This document shows, piece after piece, positions 40,259 through 55,458 of a stretch of 64,000 nt of DNA. This stretch comes from the human T2T-CHM13v2.0 reference genome, Homo sapiens. How positions within the stretch are numbered: position 1 is the stretch's first letter; the number at the start of each line of letters is the position of its first letter. Where the stretch lies: NCBI RefSeq assembly GCF_009914755.1, contig NC_060926.1. One strand, given 5' to 3'. Made by a program: the position numbers and the translations under genes. Below the pieces are notes generated by a model. That model searched no databases and was not told the origin of the DNA. It worked only from the letters and a program-made list of their open reading frames with translations.

Positions 40259-43200
40259 GTGGGAAAGGGAGCTACTTTTTTAGCACTCATGCATTTGTTT
40301 GTATGAAAAAATCCCAAATATAGTTCATAAAGCAGGGAGAGAAGGAAGTAAGATTTTTTTTTCTTTGTAGGGAATTGAAATACTGAAAATAAGAGAGATG
40401 GGATTGAACAAGCAGAGTTTCAAGGAAAATTCATGTAGATAAATTATCCCTTCTGAGAGGTAAAAAGGTAAAGAAAACCAGTTTTAAAATTGTAAAATGA
40501 TCACTTAATGTTTTTTTAATAAGTACAATAAGTATTTTTAACTACACTAACAATATACATTATATTTTTTGAGTGGGGAAAGGAGTAGGACAAAATGTAA
40601 GAAAAGGGAACTATATCAAGAGAGGTTAAAAGATACAAGTAGATATTTGAAAGACTAGTAAAGGAGAGGTGCTTGGGAAACAGTGAGACAAAAAGAGGAA
40701 GGGTTCTAAAGGCAGTGAGCAATTTCTATGGTTCTAAAATGTGTGTAAACTGCCTCGGTTACAGGCTGTTAAACAGTTGAGCAATTAACTTGGGAAAAAA
40801 ACCTCCCATCAGATTTCTTTGAAATGGTAATTAGCCAGCCAAGCTTCCTCTGCAGATCTTCACTTGCCCTTTGTTCTTAATTTTCATAGAAAAATCTTTG
40901 AATGAGGCAGATACCAAAAGCTCAGTAGGGGAAAAGGTATTTTTGTTGTTTCCCAGGCAGCAGCTAGAGAACTCTGAAATCAAGTTAAGGATGAAAATCT
41001 TATTTTGAGAAAATTCAAGAATGAAAAATAAAATAAAAAGAAAAAAATATTGAAAAGTGGAAACAAAGGATGCCAGAATGAAAGTCTACTGAGAAATAGG
41101 AATCGGTTGCAGGAATGAATTTTGAGAAGAGGCTCTACCCCTCCTATTCATGTTTATTCATATTCTTCCCTGAGCGAAACTTTGGTTCCTGGCAAAGCAT
41201 GTGATCTTAGGCAAATTTCCTAAATTCTTTGTACATCCATTTTCTCAACTTTTAGTTGAATGCTAATAGCCACCAAACGAGGCTGATCTTCTTAGTCTAA
41301 ATTATGTTTGCTTTCTTCCGTGTCCCTATCAAGTCCTTTTCCCATTTGTCCTTGAATTAACACTTTATGCCATCCTCATGTAGTTCACATCTCACCTTTC
41401 CAAAATATAAAAATCATTTTCCTTTTCCTCTATCTTGTGTGTATACTGCATGAGCTAGGACTGCTTGCATACATGTCTTAATGATATTGGCTTGTCTCAT
41501 TGCTGAAACTGCCTTTGCAAAAATTATAACAGTGAAAAAATTATGAAAGTAAAAGAGCTGGTCTAACTAACTTAATTCTGCCTTTATCCTCCAAACTGCC
41601 CTTGGTCATTCCTGGGCATTGGCCAAGCTAACTCTGGGAGAAATTTTCTTTATATTTTAAATGACAATAGCCCTTTATAAAAGCTAAACTGCCTTGGTAA
41701 AGCTAATGAGAGGCCACCAGGTAAGGAGGATGATAGGAACTGAATTCTCACTCTCTCTCTAAGATGTGGACATAATTAAATTATTACCAGCCATTATTCT
41801 AGAGGTCACAATATTTGCAGCTTACCCATTTCACTCTTGTAGGACCCAAGATTGACCTTTTAAGATATCCTTTCAGGCTTTTGCATTTCTGACAACCTGA
41901 TGGCTCCACCGAGACCCTTGACTCTTGTCTCAACTGCTCCTGTGGTCCCCACTCAGAATTCAACTCAGCACATCAGCACCATTTTCCACACATCCATGAT
42001 TGCATCCCCAACCAATCAGCAACACTCATTCCCTTAGGCCCCTGCCCTCCAAACTATCCTTGAAAAACCCTAACATCTGAATTTTGTGGGAGATCGATTT
42101 GAGTAATAACTTCATCTCCCATGTGGCGTGGCCAGACTTGCATCAGTTAAACTCTCTTTATTGCAATGCCATGGCTTCAGTGAATTGTTTGTGCAGTGGC
42201 CAGGAAGAACCCACTGGATGATTACAAATTTAAGGGTTTGTCTGGGATAGTCCTTGTGGCTACCTGCCTGCAGTTTGGCAGTCCTTCACTGGTGACAGAT
42301 CCAGAGGCCAGCCCAAGCATCCCCCTAATTCTCTTGGACTAAGGGCTGTCTTTGGCACGGTCTGTATAGGTGGGGCACTGTTGAACCATAGTGCATAGAC
42401 TCAACTGCAATGAAGAAATAGTCCAGGAAGCATCTTGTAACTTGGTTTGGCCAGTATTCCCAGTACTGCCAAGACACCCTTTCTTATTCTGTTCTGTTGG
42501 CTTCTCTAGAGGTACTGTAACCCTGTCATAGGGACTGGCTGGTTCTGTATCTCTGTCATGGGGACTGTTAAGCTCTCCCTGGACTATAGAAAGAGTCTCA
42601 GTTTGGGGAGATTTCTCCCCAATTGAATGGAGAATAGGGAACCTGTTGAGAGGCTCTTCTATTTTAGAATCTGGTCTGGAATCTTGGTTTGCATCCTAAT
42701 TTGGTTGATCCCATTTGGTAAGCCCTGAAGGAAGTTCAACAGGTCTAACTTAGGGTGACCATATACTCTTCCATTTTACCCAGAGAACACCTGTTGAAAC
42801 TTCTGGTCAGAGGCCATGTCACTCCACTTTGAGTGGATCGAAGATGACAAGGGCCAATGGATCAAAATTTGAGCCTTACCAGGTAAATACTTGGACACTG
42901 AGTGGGGTAACTGGTGACTGTGTTTTGTCATATGTGTTTTGTTCTGGCCGAAATGAGAAATATTAATCAGTTCCCACATACAGCCTGTTGGGCTGCATCT
43001 TGCAAAATTGAGAGGCTTTTGCTCATGATTCCATGAAATAGGAAAGAATTTTTTTTTTTTGTAATACACCTGGGCCCCCACATCTATGGTACAGTGAACA
43101 CAGTCACCAAAGCATTCACAGAAAGGAAACCCAGAAATCTGGCATGCTAGCTAAAGGGTAAGAATTTCTTACCATTCAGGGTTCTGGCCTCTCATTATCT

Positions 43201-43752
43201 GTGTAAACTGGATGAATGAATGCTAAAAGTCATTGTTTGTCTCCCCTACAAGGTTTTGATTAACAGGAAAACGGATTTGTGAGACTAGTCTTAGGCCATA
43301 GTGAATCTGGTGTATTTTGTGCTATAAATTTGTCTTTCTGTGTTGTTCTGTCATGAAGAGGGATACCACAGGATAAAATGCAGGCCTAGGACCCTATAAG
43401 CCCACTGCTCGAGTCAGTTACAAACTTTGCTGTGGGTCCCTGAAACAAAAAAACGAAACCAAATGAGATTTTCCTTTTATCTTGTTTTATGTCCTTGAAA
43501 ACTTGAGTTTGTAATCATGAAGGGGTACTCTCCTTTGTCTCTGCCATCCAGAGGGCAGGAATTTTGAGGTTCATGTCATGGCTAGTCTTGAGAATTCTCT
43601 TGGGCACTTAAAAATCCTTTGTACACTAGAAAATGGCTGCCCTACACTCCTGGGAAGAGTAATGGTAAATGCCAATGGTATAGCTCAGTAGCTATACCTT
43701 TGCCCTGTTATAATGGCAGCCGGCATTCTATGTGCAGTTTAGGAAATGAGTC

Positions 43753-44096
43753 TGTATTAGTCTGTTTTCACATTCTGATAAAGACATACCCAAGACTGGG
43801 CAATTTACAAAAGAAAGAGGTTTATTGGACTTACATTTCCACATGGCTGGGGAGGTCTCACAATCATCATGAAAGGCAAGAAAGATCAAGTCACCTCTTA
43901 CATGGATGGCAGAAGACAAACAAAAAGCTTGTGCAGGGGAACTCCCCCTTATAATACCATCAGATCTTCTGAGACCCACTCACCACCAGGAGGGAAAGAC
44001 CTGGCCCCATGATCCAGTTACCTCCCACATGGTCCCTCCCACAATATGTGGGAATTCAAGATGAGATTTGGGTGGAGACACAGCCAAACCATATCA
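43753..44096 (-). mobile_element. THE1 (B/C/D-type) MaLR solo LTR nested in the ERV
   Basis: Ends CAGCCAAACCATATCA; perfect TSD GAGTC. Confidence 0.93.
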
Positions 44097-47000
44097 GAGT
44101 CCTTTCAGATTTAGTACTTATGAGAGTTTTGCCATTTATTCATTATATTTTCCCCCATGAACAGCTTTTGATTTCCTGTCCCAAATTTTCTTTTCTCTTA
44201 GCTACCTTTGGGGCAATTCTAAATCTTGTTAAAACCACTTGCCATCTCTTTGAAACTATCTTGTATACCTCTGGTTAAGTCATAACCTTAACTAAAGCTT
44301 AAAATTGTTTTCACCTTGGAGCTTATCTTTGGTAAAGTTAAAAACCAGAAATATCAGCTGTTTCTCCTAGCTAAACTCTGATAATAAAATAAAGGATTTT
44401 TCTGAGAGCTCTTTAGTTAAAAATAAAATTAATAAAGGCTGATATTTGAGCCATTTGTGTAAAGATACTGGTATAAAGGCCCCATTCTCTCTCTGTAAAA
44501 ACTTCTTGGTCAACTGAATTCTGTTTTTTCAGTTTCCCTGTCTGTCCCTCCTTCCTCTTATATCTAATGTTTTTGAAATTTGGAGGGACCAAAAGTTATT
44601 TTACATTATGAGAAAATGTAATCTTCATGTATAATAGTTACATAAGAGATACACGTTTTAAAATTGCTAATAGCAATTGCTTACAGTGAGTGATTATTAC
44701 TACAGGGTGATACTCCTTTTTTGTGCATTTAAATGAAAAAAACATGCTGTTAGACACCTAGAATGTACAGTATGAGGAATGGGCTGATTACAGAGTGGGC
44801 TAATTGGTGTTTGTTTGCCCCGCAGCCTTGGGGAAATGTCCTTACAATAAAATACACTATGGAAGCATTGCACTCTCTCGTTCCATGGAATTTGCCTCTT
44901 TTGAGGACACACGATTAGATGTATAAATGGGATCCTTGATTTTGGAGATCTGTTTTGCCTTCCAGCTGTGCCTGCTTATTAAGCCCTGGTAATTGCATGC
45001 TTTCCTGGCTCTGTTCCTTAAAAGGTTCCACCCTAAAGCCAATAATCCAATCAAGAAACAGGTCTTTAACAACATATCCATAGGTAACAATATATCCATA
45101 TGTCTGCTTTTCCTGGCCATCTGAAGGGAACTTTTACTCATGTCATTTTAAAATAAAAAGTGAATTATCTATTTTGTTTCATTTAAGAATTATCTCTTTA
45201 AACATGCAAATTTGGAATTGCCTAGATGACTATTGTTTAAGGTGGGGAACAGGTAATAAAGAAACTGAAAGTCTAAAATGAGAAAGAGAAACTTAAAAAC
45301 TGGCAAATGAAGAATCTTATCACCCTACCAGATCTGCTTCTGTCTATATTTATATGTGTTGTATGTGTGATATTTCACTACCAAAATATATGAAAGAGCT
45401 CTAATTAATTGGCTTAAAAATTATATGTGTGAGCAAGTTGGCTAAAATTAAATGTGTATTATTTAGTTTTTCCACAAATCGAACATTAAAATAAGAACAC
45501 ACTGATGCAGGGCCAGAATCTACACCTATCTTTCTGAATAACAGGGTTTTTAAGAGCATTAATTTGCTCTTTAACAGGAAATTGTAAAGGCTTATAAAAG
45601 GCTTCTGAAAATCTTACCTTATGTTCAAAGTGATTGAGATTGAATAGACTTGTTTATAAGACATTATTAAGAATTGCGTTTAACTAATGGTACCTAACGT
45701 GAAGGTAAAATTCAGCTTTCTCTTTTAAACAAGATGCTCATGTAATATTAAAAGATAGTAAAAGGTTTTTTTATTTGCTTTTCAAATACACTACAGGAGA
45801 AAGAAGAGACAGATTCAGTGGCCTCATGCTGTCTTTATTGGCTCTTGTTTTTTGGAAAGCTGAGTCTCCCCTGTGTCTACAAGTATTGCTTTTTTGCCTT
45901 TTAAAAACTTTAAATTATCATTTTGGACTTACAGTTACCTGGATTCTGTTTTGTGGTAAGTGTTTAAACCTTTGATATTTGACAAACTTTCTAAAATCAA
46001 ATTCTTAATTCTTTTTTTGACCTCACTAATTTTTTAAGTATTAGGTCTCTTGGGGATCAAAGGAGACATATTCCGTTTATTTAGCATATTAATATTATGC
46101 AGGAAGCATTGTCAAATATAAAAATTATGTTTAACTTTCTTTGAGTTATATTCATATAAATGTTATCAGTATGTGTTCCAAAATTATATGATTCCTATAA
46201 TTCTATCTCAGGATATGTTATCAGTAATAATTTTGATTACTATCTTAAATGATTATGTGCCACAGAGATTACAAGATTTCTTTTTTCATTGCATCTTTAC
46301 CTGTGGATATCTCAAGACTTTGGTCATCCACAGTCAATTATGTCTTATTTTGATCCTTTTCAAAAGGAGGTTTGTAATCAATTATAGGACTCTGGCAGGA
46401 ACTCTTGAATGTAGGTATCTAATAACTTTGGAGATTGTGCCACTGAAATAGAGAGAGAAAAAAACACAACACCAGGACTTTTCTAGAAAACCAATGTATT
46501 CATAAGGACTGCTGGCCCAATATTGGGCAAAATAATGGTTAATTGCAGTGACTGAACTTTTTATGCATTTTTGCTTACACATTACTGATTGTTTTGTTTT
46601 TCAAAGTTAAGAAATCTTTTTTCTTTTTAGCTATTTATAACTTTTAATCATTGAGTAAAGTATTTGAGGAAAGTTTGGAGCATATTTATTTATCTCTATC
46701 TGATTTCTACAGAATTTGAAAATCATTTGTGAGTATTCTTAACTTATGGCAAGATATTTATTTGCAAAAGTAAAGTAAGAATCTATTTTCTTTTGTAACA
46801 GGACAGAATTGGAGGCATTAGTTATTTTACCAAGACTTTGACTGGAATGACATGTTTTCAGATATAAATAGATTGCTTTAAGGAATCAAAGTTGACTTAC
46901 AGAGCCCTTGGGAACTTGGTCTTATACCTTGTCTATGCAGATCCTGTACAGAGTCCCTGACCTGTGCTAAGTAAAGAATGTCACCTACTGATAGGCCCAG

Positions 47001-48686
47001 GAACCCCAAGTTATCTTGGGACCTCCAGAGGAGAGGAATTTATCCAATTCATATAAGTATTGTTGGCACAAATAAACCCATGGCTGGGCTTGAGGCTTTA
47101 AAGAGTCTAATATAAAATTTCTTATGAAAAAAGTTCCAGCAAAGCCAATTAAAAAAAAAGAGCCTATGTGACAAATAATTATTCTTGCTTCATTTCATGC
47201 AAATAATCAGGCCAAGTATAATAAGACTATAACTTACTATGCAAATTTTTTTTTCTATTATGGTTTGTCTTTAGTAAAAGCATGGATTGGAGAGAGAAAA
47301 ATTATGGTTGAAGAAAAAAATATCGTACACTTGTTATATTCTAGTCTTATCTGTTGTTTTTGAGTATTTATTATTTTCTGGAATTTGGACTGAATCTTCA
47401 ATTCTTTCTGGGCTAGAAGTTCCCAAACTAATGCTTTCATTTTGCTGACTTGGACTAATGAAATTACTGTTACCTTTTTCCTGAGGCCCTGCAAAATGAA
47501 GCTCATTCCTTGTAATTCAGGTGAAAAAAAAAAGTGTCAGATTGCCACTGTCTTCCTCCTTTTTAACTAAAGATGCTTTGAGTCTAGCATCTGGAAAATG
47601 TATGCCCAACATTAACCATTGTTTTTCTTCTATTTCCATAGAAATGCATCTTATTAAAAATCTATTTGCCTCCATTGCATAGAAAGGCCCAGCCCATCTG
47701 CAATGCTACCTCCTGGAATGGGATAAAACTTTAATTGAACTGATCTATTCTCAGAACTAAAAACAGAATAAAAAATATGGGATGGAACATTTAAACTTAC
47801 TATTTCCTGTTTATCTCAATTTGTCTTTCAAACAACCTCTAGCTCAAATCTTAATCTACTAATGATCCCAAGTCAGACTGGTTCTTGGGGCTATTCACCA
47901 CGATCCCTCGGGGCTTCAGATCAATTCTACAAGGACATGTAGAACTAGGACTTTCACTCATTATATTAACACTGATTGTCTTATAGTCTGACTGTTAATC
48001 CTCAACCAGGCACCCATGAATGCACACAGACAGCTATGAAGCAGTTTCACTCCTCCTACCCTGGAGCCAACCCCTATCCCAAATATTCCCCTGTCAGCAA
48101 GAAGAAGTTAGAGCAGTGATTGGCCTTTTCCCATCTCCATAGCTCATACCTTAAAAATAATGTGTGGTGAACCCCAAAAGGGGAATTAAAATTGTCTTTG
48201 CAAAAGTTATAACAGTGAGAAAACTATGACAGTGAGAGATCTGATCTAACCAACTCCATCTTGCCTTTGACCTCCAAACTGCCCTTGGTCATTCCTGGAC
48301 ATGAGCCAATCTAACTATGAGAGAAATTAATAGTTTAAATGATCTTCCAAAGACTAATCTACCTTTGTAAAACTAAGGCTACCAGACTAGAAGGAGAAGG
48401 GCCTGAATTCTGCTAAGAAGAGTAGTTAAATGATCACCAGCCATTATTTCAGATGTCACAAGGTTTGCAACTTCCTTTATTATTCCTGCAAATAACTCAC
48501 TTTTGTGGAACCTAAGATTGGTCTTTTGAGATATCTTTTCAGACTTTTGTATTTCTGGTGACCAGATGGCCCCACCTAGACCAGCAACTCCTCTGAAGGT
48601 CCCCATTCAGAAGTGGACACGGTGCACAAAGACCAATTTCCACACCCCTAGGACTACATTCTCAACCAGTCAGCAGTACCTATTTC

Positions 48687-49341
48687 TGTTGGGAAAAGCT
48701 GAGTGTTGGGAGAAGCTGAGGAAGGGCTTGTATGTCTGACATAATGTAAAAGAGCCTTGGAACACATCCAGGGTCCAGGGTCTAAAGCCCCTTGTGGCCT
48801 TTGGAACACCAAGCTCTGTGATAAAGGGTGGAAGGCTACCCTGACGCCCCATAATCTAAGCCCAGGACATAAAATACCTCGTGGCTTGGATAGAATCCAG
48901 GGCTCGTAGTTCTGGAATATGTCTAGGCTTGCTGGCTCCTTGCTCCTCCAGGATCGATTGTATCTTGAGTTAAAAGAACCTGCTCTCCATTATCTCAAGT
49001 AGCAGAACATGTTCTTTATAAATGTTAAACCATTACAGCTGTAGATCATGTGCCTGCCCTTTTGACCTCCACATTCTCACCACCTGTTTCTTTGTTGGAT
49101 TACTAGTACAGCTGTAGATCATGTGCCTGCCCTTTTGACCTCCACATTCTCACCACCTGTTTCTTTGTTGGATTACCAATAAATAGCGTGGGCTCCCAGC
49201 GCTCCGGGCCTTCGCAGCCTCTACAATTGCGATGGCCCTCTGGTCCCAGCTTTCTCTGTCAAACTGTCTTTTTCTCAATCCTTTGACTCCGCCAGACCTC
49301 GCTACCCCCACGACCTGGTGTTGGGTCTGATCACCCCAGCA
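48687..49341 (+). mobile_element. LTR14B-like (HERV-K14/HML-1) solo LTR nested in the 3' LTR8
   Basis: TGTTGGGAAAAGCTGAGTGTTGGGAGAAGCTGAGG...TCTGATCACCCCAGCA; 6-bp TSD TATTTC/CATTTC (betaretroviral length). Confidence 0.85.
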
Positions 49342-51536
49342 CATTTCCTAGCCCCCTGTCTGCCAAACTATCCTTGAAAAAACGCTAGCCTCCAAAGTTC
49401 CAGGGAGGCTGATTTGAGTAATAATAAAATTCTGGTCATTAGTTTAGCTGGCTCTCCGTATATTAAACTATTTCTCTACTGAAATTTCTCTGTCTTGATA
49501 AATCAGCTCTATCTGGGCAATGGGCAAAAAGAACCCATTTACAAAAGTGTAAATCTCCTTTCTCCAATTACTGTATAAATGCTTCAAAGTTAGCTAGAAT
49601 GTTTTCTGTTCCTTCAAATGAGCAGTAGATATAAGGAATAAAAATAACTGTGAGAAGATCTTTAACCCATTTTCTATCAAGGGTGATTGAAGATAAAATA
49701 TAATGATTGCCTCTTTTTACTCAGTAGTACTCATTTAAGTTAATATGTATAGTTATATAATTCAAAAAGTGTTAAAGTTATGTTACACAAATCGTATGCG
49801 AGGTCATTCCTTGGGGCTGAACTCTTGCACTAGACCCAACAGACCAGACCAAATCAAAATGAAGATATTTATGCTAAATGCCACATAATCAAACTGAAGC
49901 TTTAAGGAAGCAGATAGATCCCCAAACAGACCAATTTCCTGTTTGCTGAAAACAGGAGATTCCAGTTTACCTGAGTCAGTATAATAAGGAAGTCTCCTCT
50001 GCTTTAACCTTTAAAAAAAAGTAATCTGAAGTCGCCTGATGTTAATCAGTCAGACATTTTTCAATTGTTCTGTTTTCTTGTTCCCACCTTACAAAACCCA
50101 AGGTTCTGTTATGGCCCAGAGGGAGCTCATATCCTATTCTGTAGAATGGAGGCTTCATGATTCATGAATCATGAATAAAAGCCAACTCAAGATGTAACTA
50201 AATTCCTTGTAATATTGTCATTTCTGGTGACAGAGACCCAAAGAACACTGCTGGTGACTCTCAAGACCCCATGAGAAATGCAGAAGAGGGCCCCTGTCTT
50301 TCTCATAGAGCCCTGAAGGCTGTAAGTCCCTCTCAGGACAGAATCTGCTCTTTTTGCACTGAATTCCCAGATCTTTTTGGCTTTCAAATCCAGGGTTAGT
50401 TTTTACTATGAGAGAGAGCATGACCTTAGGGTGAGTACCAAGGGTTAGTTTGTTCTGTGAGAGAGGTGAAAGCTTTGAGTTTGTGGTGGCTAATAAGTCA
50501 CTGGCAAGAGCTGCAGTTTTCAAGGTAACTGACAGCAGTTGTAGTAAGAGGATATCACTGTGAGGGGTGCGAACTCTGGCTTTTACAATTTGCAGGAATT
50601 TGGGTTCTATCCTCTTTGCTTCTTTTTCTTGTTTAGGTAGGGGGAATCACTGGCTAAGTTGGTTAAAGAGAACTCAGAGCCAAAGTCGCAACTTGACTAG
50701 TGGACACAGTTCAGGACCTTAAAAGCTATTGGAGCAACCCACCACCAAGTGAGATTATTGTGAAAAGATAAACTGGACACTGAACAGGATAGCACCTGCC
50801 AGCATCAAGAAAATGTTCATGCAAGAAGGTGCACGGTGAAAGCATTATACAACCCACCTCTGTAGCATTTCCTTCTTGGGCTTTTTTCTGGGCCAAGATT
50901 CAACAGAGCCAAGATTCAACATAAAAATGGGATTTTTAATTTCTAGAGAATTGAGTACTCCACCTTCTGAGTATGCCTGCCTTTCACAATATGTATACAT
51001 ATTAGGCCTTGGAAGCTGCAAATACTTACAAAAATGGTAAAATCTTACTAAAGATAATTTAGAATTGTAATCACCAACATGTGATTACAATGTGGAACAT
51101 ACCAGATGAAGAACACTGTACTTTAAAAAGTGCATTTAAAAATGAGGGGTTCAAAATTGGGCCCATCCAGGGATGCCTGTTGATGTGCAGAAACTCCTAC
51201 TAAGATTTCAAAAATTTGTACTGCGTCTTTTAAATGATGCTTTGCAAAAGAAAACTGAAAAGCTTAAGCAACTAATTGGTAGGACAAAAATTTGAATCTA
51301 CCAACCTTTGCACTTAGTTGTTATGCCACCTAGAACGTAAAAAGTGTTTATCAAGTAGGTTTGCTTCTTTTTCGGTACTATCCATGCTGAGTCCAGGCAT
51401 AGAAAACGCTTTGTCACTTCTATTTGTTAATGGGCTCCACCAAGAAATCACTAATCCAGTTAAGAAACGAGCTAAATTGAAGACCTACCTATCTAATTGA
51501 GTACATCTTTCTAAAATCTCATAGTGACGCTTATAA

Positions 51537-51837
51537 TTTTTTTTTTTTTTTGAGACAGAGTCTCACTGTGTCACCCAGGCTGGCTTGCAGTGGCATAATC
51601 TTGGCTCACTGCAACCTCTGACTCCCAGGTTCTAGGTTCAAGCAAGTCTTCTGCCTCAGCCTCCCGAGTAGCTGGGACTACAGGTGCATCCCAGCACACC
51701 GGCTAATTTTTGTATTTTTAGTAGAGATGGGGTTTCACCATATTGGCCAGGCTGGCATTGAACTCCTGACCTCATGATCCCCTCGCCTCGACTTCCCAAA
51801 GTGCTGGGATTACAGGTGTGAGCCACTGCACCTGGCC
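51537..51837 (-). mobile_element. AluS
   Basis: Full antisense Alu. Confidence 0.95.
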
Positions 51838-53039
51838 TTAACTTTCATTTTGATCCTTTGTGTCTCACCAAACTGACATATCTGAACCTAAGTCTCCTTC
51901 CTGTGAGGGCTCTCCTAGAGGGTGACTATCCTGATAGGCCCGTCAGGGCAGGGCTAGAGTTTATAGCCACTTTCCAGACAGAAACCTCAAGACCAAACTA
52001 AAGGAAAATGTGTCATATATAATTTTAGCAGAAATTAGAAATTCTGTCCACACAGATGAGTTTAGGAGACATTCAGATTTAATATTTATTCTACAGCCTC
52101 TATAAAATTGACTCCTAATACTACGTAACATGTCCTAAACTCTTTCTTGAAAAATACATGCATTCTTTCTGCATGCCTGTTAGGTATAAATTTTTCAATT
52201 AAGAGTCATCCCTTTGGAAGTATAAATTTAAGATTCCCTGGCTAAGAATTCCTTAGGACAATGGTAGAGGTAATTGACTTATAGTCTGAAAAGGGGAAGG
52301 AAACTATTTGGAAACTGACAAATCAAATATCTCAATGAAAGCCATAAGACGTGTTTTTGTCTGTATGTATATGTATGTCTTTATATGTAAGTATGTTAGG
52401 TACACATGATATTTTTCTAACTCAGCTGATGCTGCCAAAATTTGTAAAGGACTCTATTCAACTGGCTTAGAAAAGAAAGTGCTTAAATAAATCAAGTATT
52501 CTCTCAAATAGAAACTAACTCAAATGACTTTTAGTTCATGTGATCTCTGGTAGTCTTTGGTAAATAAAGCTAGTTATAAGATTATTGATAAAACACAAAC
52601 AGAAATGTCTTCAAATTTGTCAGCATTAATTCAAAGGCAAACATGCTTTTTTTTTAACCTAGAGTTATTAGTCAAACAAGCTTGCTATCTCCTAGATGTT
52701 TAAGCTTATAAAACTATAAATCCAACTTAAGAGCAGAATGCATGATGAAAATAAATTGCTTGGTTCATGTCAGTCATGGAAGTAAAAGGAAAAAACTATC
52801 TTTTTAGTTTCATTGACACTGTGATATTTTTGATACTTACCTGATTTGTCAAAAAATAACTTAAGATAATGGCCAACTATGTTTTCCATGAGCAATACCA
52901 ACACAACTGTTAAGATCAAGTAAATTAGGTGAGTGTAAATAGAAGTTTCTAAGGAAACTTTTTGTGTATTTTAAAATTCTTTTTCAGTAACTATAAATCT
53001 TTAAGTTATATTATGGTGGATTATTTATTTACTTAGTTA

Positions 53040-53192
53040 ATGAGACATGGTTTTACTCTTTTGCCCAAGCTGGAGTGCAGTGGTACAATCACAGCTCACT
53101 GCAGCCTCGAATTCTTGGGCTCAAGCAATCCTCACACCTCAGTTTCCAACTAGCTAGGACTACAGGCAGTAGCCACCACACCTTGTTAATTT
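53040..53192 (-). mobile_element. Alu monomer (AluJ right arm/FRAM-like)
   Basis: Single arm with J-type motifs. Confidence 0.85.
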
Positions 53193-53518
53193 GTGTGTGT
53201 AAGTGTGGAGCATTAATTCCAAAATGAGACTGATACAAAACTACAATTTGATCCTCTCTGTTAAAACAACAAGGTTTTCTTGGATTCTTGATCTGCTCTT
53301 ACTAGGAAGTAGGTAATTAGCATAGGAAATTTTAGGCAATTCTCCTAGAAAACAGGGATTCTATGTTTTATCAAGATGATTCCCTGTGCTTCATGTTGTT
53401 TTTCAGTAGGTCTTTGATCACTTAAGAAAATAGGGTCCTCTCTGTTAAAGAGGTAAAGTTTTATTTACAACTGAGTAACTGTTTATATTTGCCTTTTAAA
53501 GTCTTGTTTTATTATTTC

Positions 53519-53810
53519 CTTTTTTAGAGACAAGGTCTCTCTCTGTCACCCAGGTTGGAGTACAGTGATGTGAATTCAGTTCACTGTAGCCTTCACCTCC
53601 TGTGCTCAAAAAATCCTCCTGCTTCAGCCTCCCGAATAGCTGGGACAACAGGGATGTACCATCACCCATGACTAATTTAAAAAAAAATTTTCATAGAGAC
53701 AAGGTCTCACCATGTGACCCAGGCTGGTCTCAAACTCCTGGGCTCAAGTGATCTTCCTCCCTTGGCTTCCCAAAGTGCAAGATTACAAATATGAGCCACC
53801 ATGCCTGACC
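53519..53810 (-). mobile_element. AluJ
   Basis: CTCCTGGGCTCAAGTGATC J-type motif; dimeric. Confidence 0.93.
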
Positions 53811-54137
53811 TTGTAATTGTTAGTCTGGTTAAATTAATATTTCACAGTGAACTGTGATCCTATTTGATTAAGGGTTTTAAATGTTTGATATTTTTTACAA
53901 ACTTCCAAAAATCAAATTCCAAATAGTCTTTTTGATCTTGAGTTAACTTTGGAATTTTTAGGTCGGGCCCCTGGAAAGTTTTGGATAATGTGTTTCTTAC
54001 CTTGTACGAGAGAAATATTAAAATAATTCCGCTTTCTTAATTGTTAAATTATATGGGAACCATTGTCAAATAAGTAATGCTAAACCTTCTTTAAGTTATG
54101 AGTATGTTATAGGTATGTGTTTTTAAAATTGTATGGA

Positions 54138-54571
<434 letters not shown>

Positions 54572-55141
54572 TTAACCGTGAACATTGTCTTTGTCCTCCA
54601 CAGTTATCACTGAGTCTTCTCTAAAAACATTTGCAATAAGCTAGAGTTCAAACTTATATCTTTTTCAAGGAGATTTATGGTAAAAACTTTGACAAGTATT
54701 TTGGAATACAGATTTCTTACAGCTTTAAGATCATTCCATTGGACTGAGTAAGAATTTCTAGAACTCTAGTGAAGAGATAGCTTCATGAAACTAACCTATA
54801 TGAAGCAAAACAAAAATTTATTGCATGGAACCAGATGATCTGAAAAGGGTAATTATTTTATGGCTTTTTATGTGAACTTTTTTTGTTCTTTAACTGTTTT
54901 ATTTTCCAAATGTAAAAGGGTTTTTTTTTTGTTTTTTTTTGTTTTGTTTTGTTTTGTTTCCTGTAAGCTATCTATAGCTTTCAGCAATTGGGTAAAGTAC
55001 ACTTTTGTGAACAAAAATGCAAGCATTTATTTCTTTCTCCCTACCTGATCCCCTCTAAAATTCAGAAACTACTCATGAGTATTCTTATGTTTTTATGGTA
55101 ACATAGTTACTTGCCTTGCTTGATAAGAATCTACTATCTTT

Positions 55142-55458
<317 letters not shown>

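Larger units (their letters stand above)
41504..49543 (+). mobile_element. LTR8-family (HUERS-P1/MER4-group) non-coding ERV with two LTRs
   Basis: 5' LTR 41504-42226 (TGAAACTGCCTTTGCAAAAATTATAAC...GATTACA); degenerate tRNA-Pro PBS (TAAGGGTTTGTCTGGGAT); AT-rich internal region; PPT AAAAGGGGAAT; 3' LTR 48187-49543, interrupted. Confidence 0.85.

Noticed and set aside
25537-50921. Scattered 10-16 bp tandem duplications (~25537, ~31402, ~38840, ~50892)
   Set aside because: Ordinary slippage indels with no shared motif.
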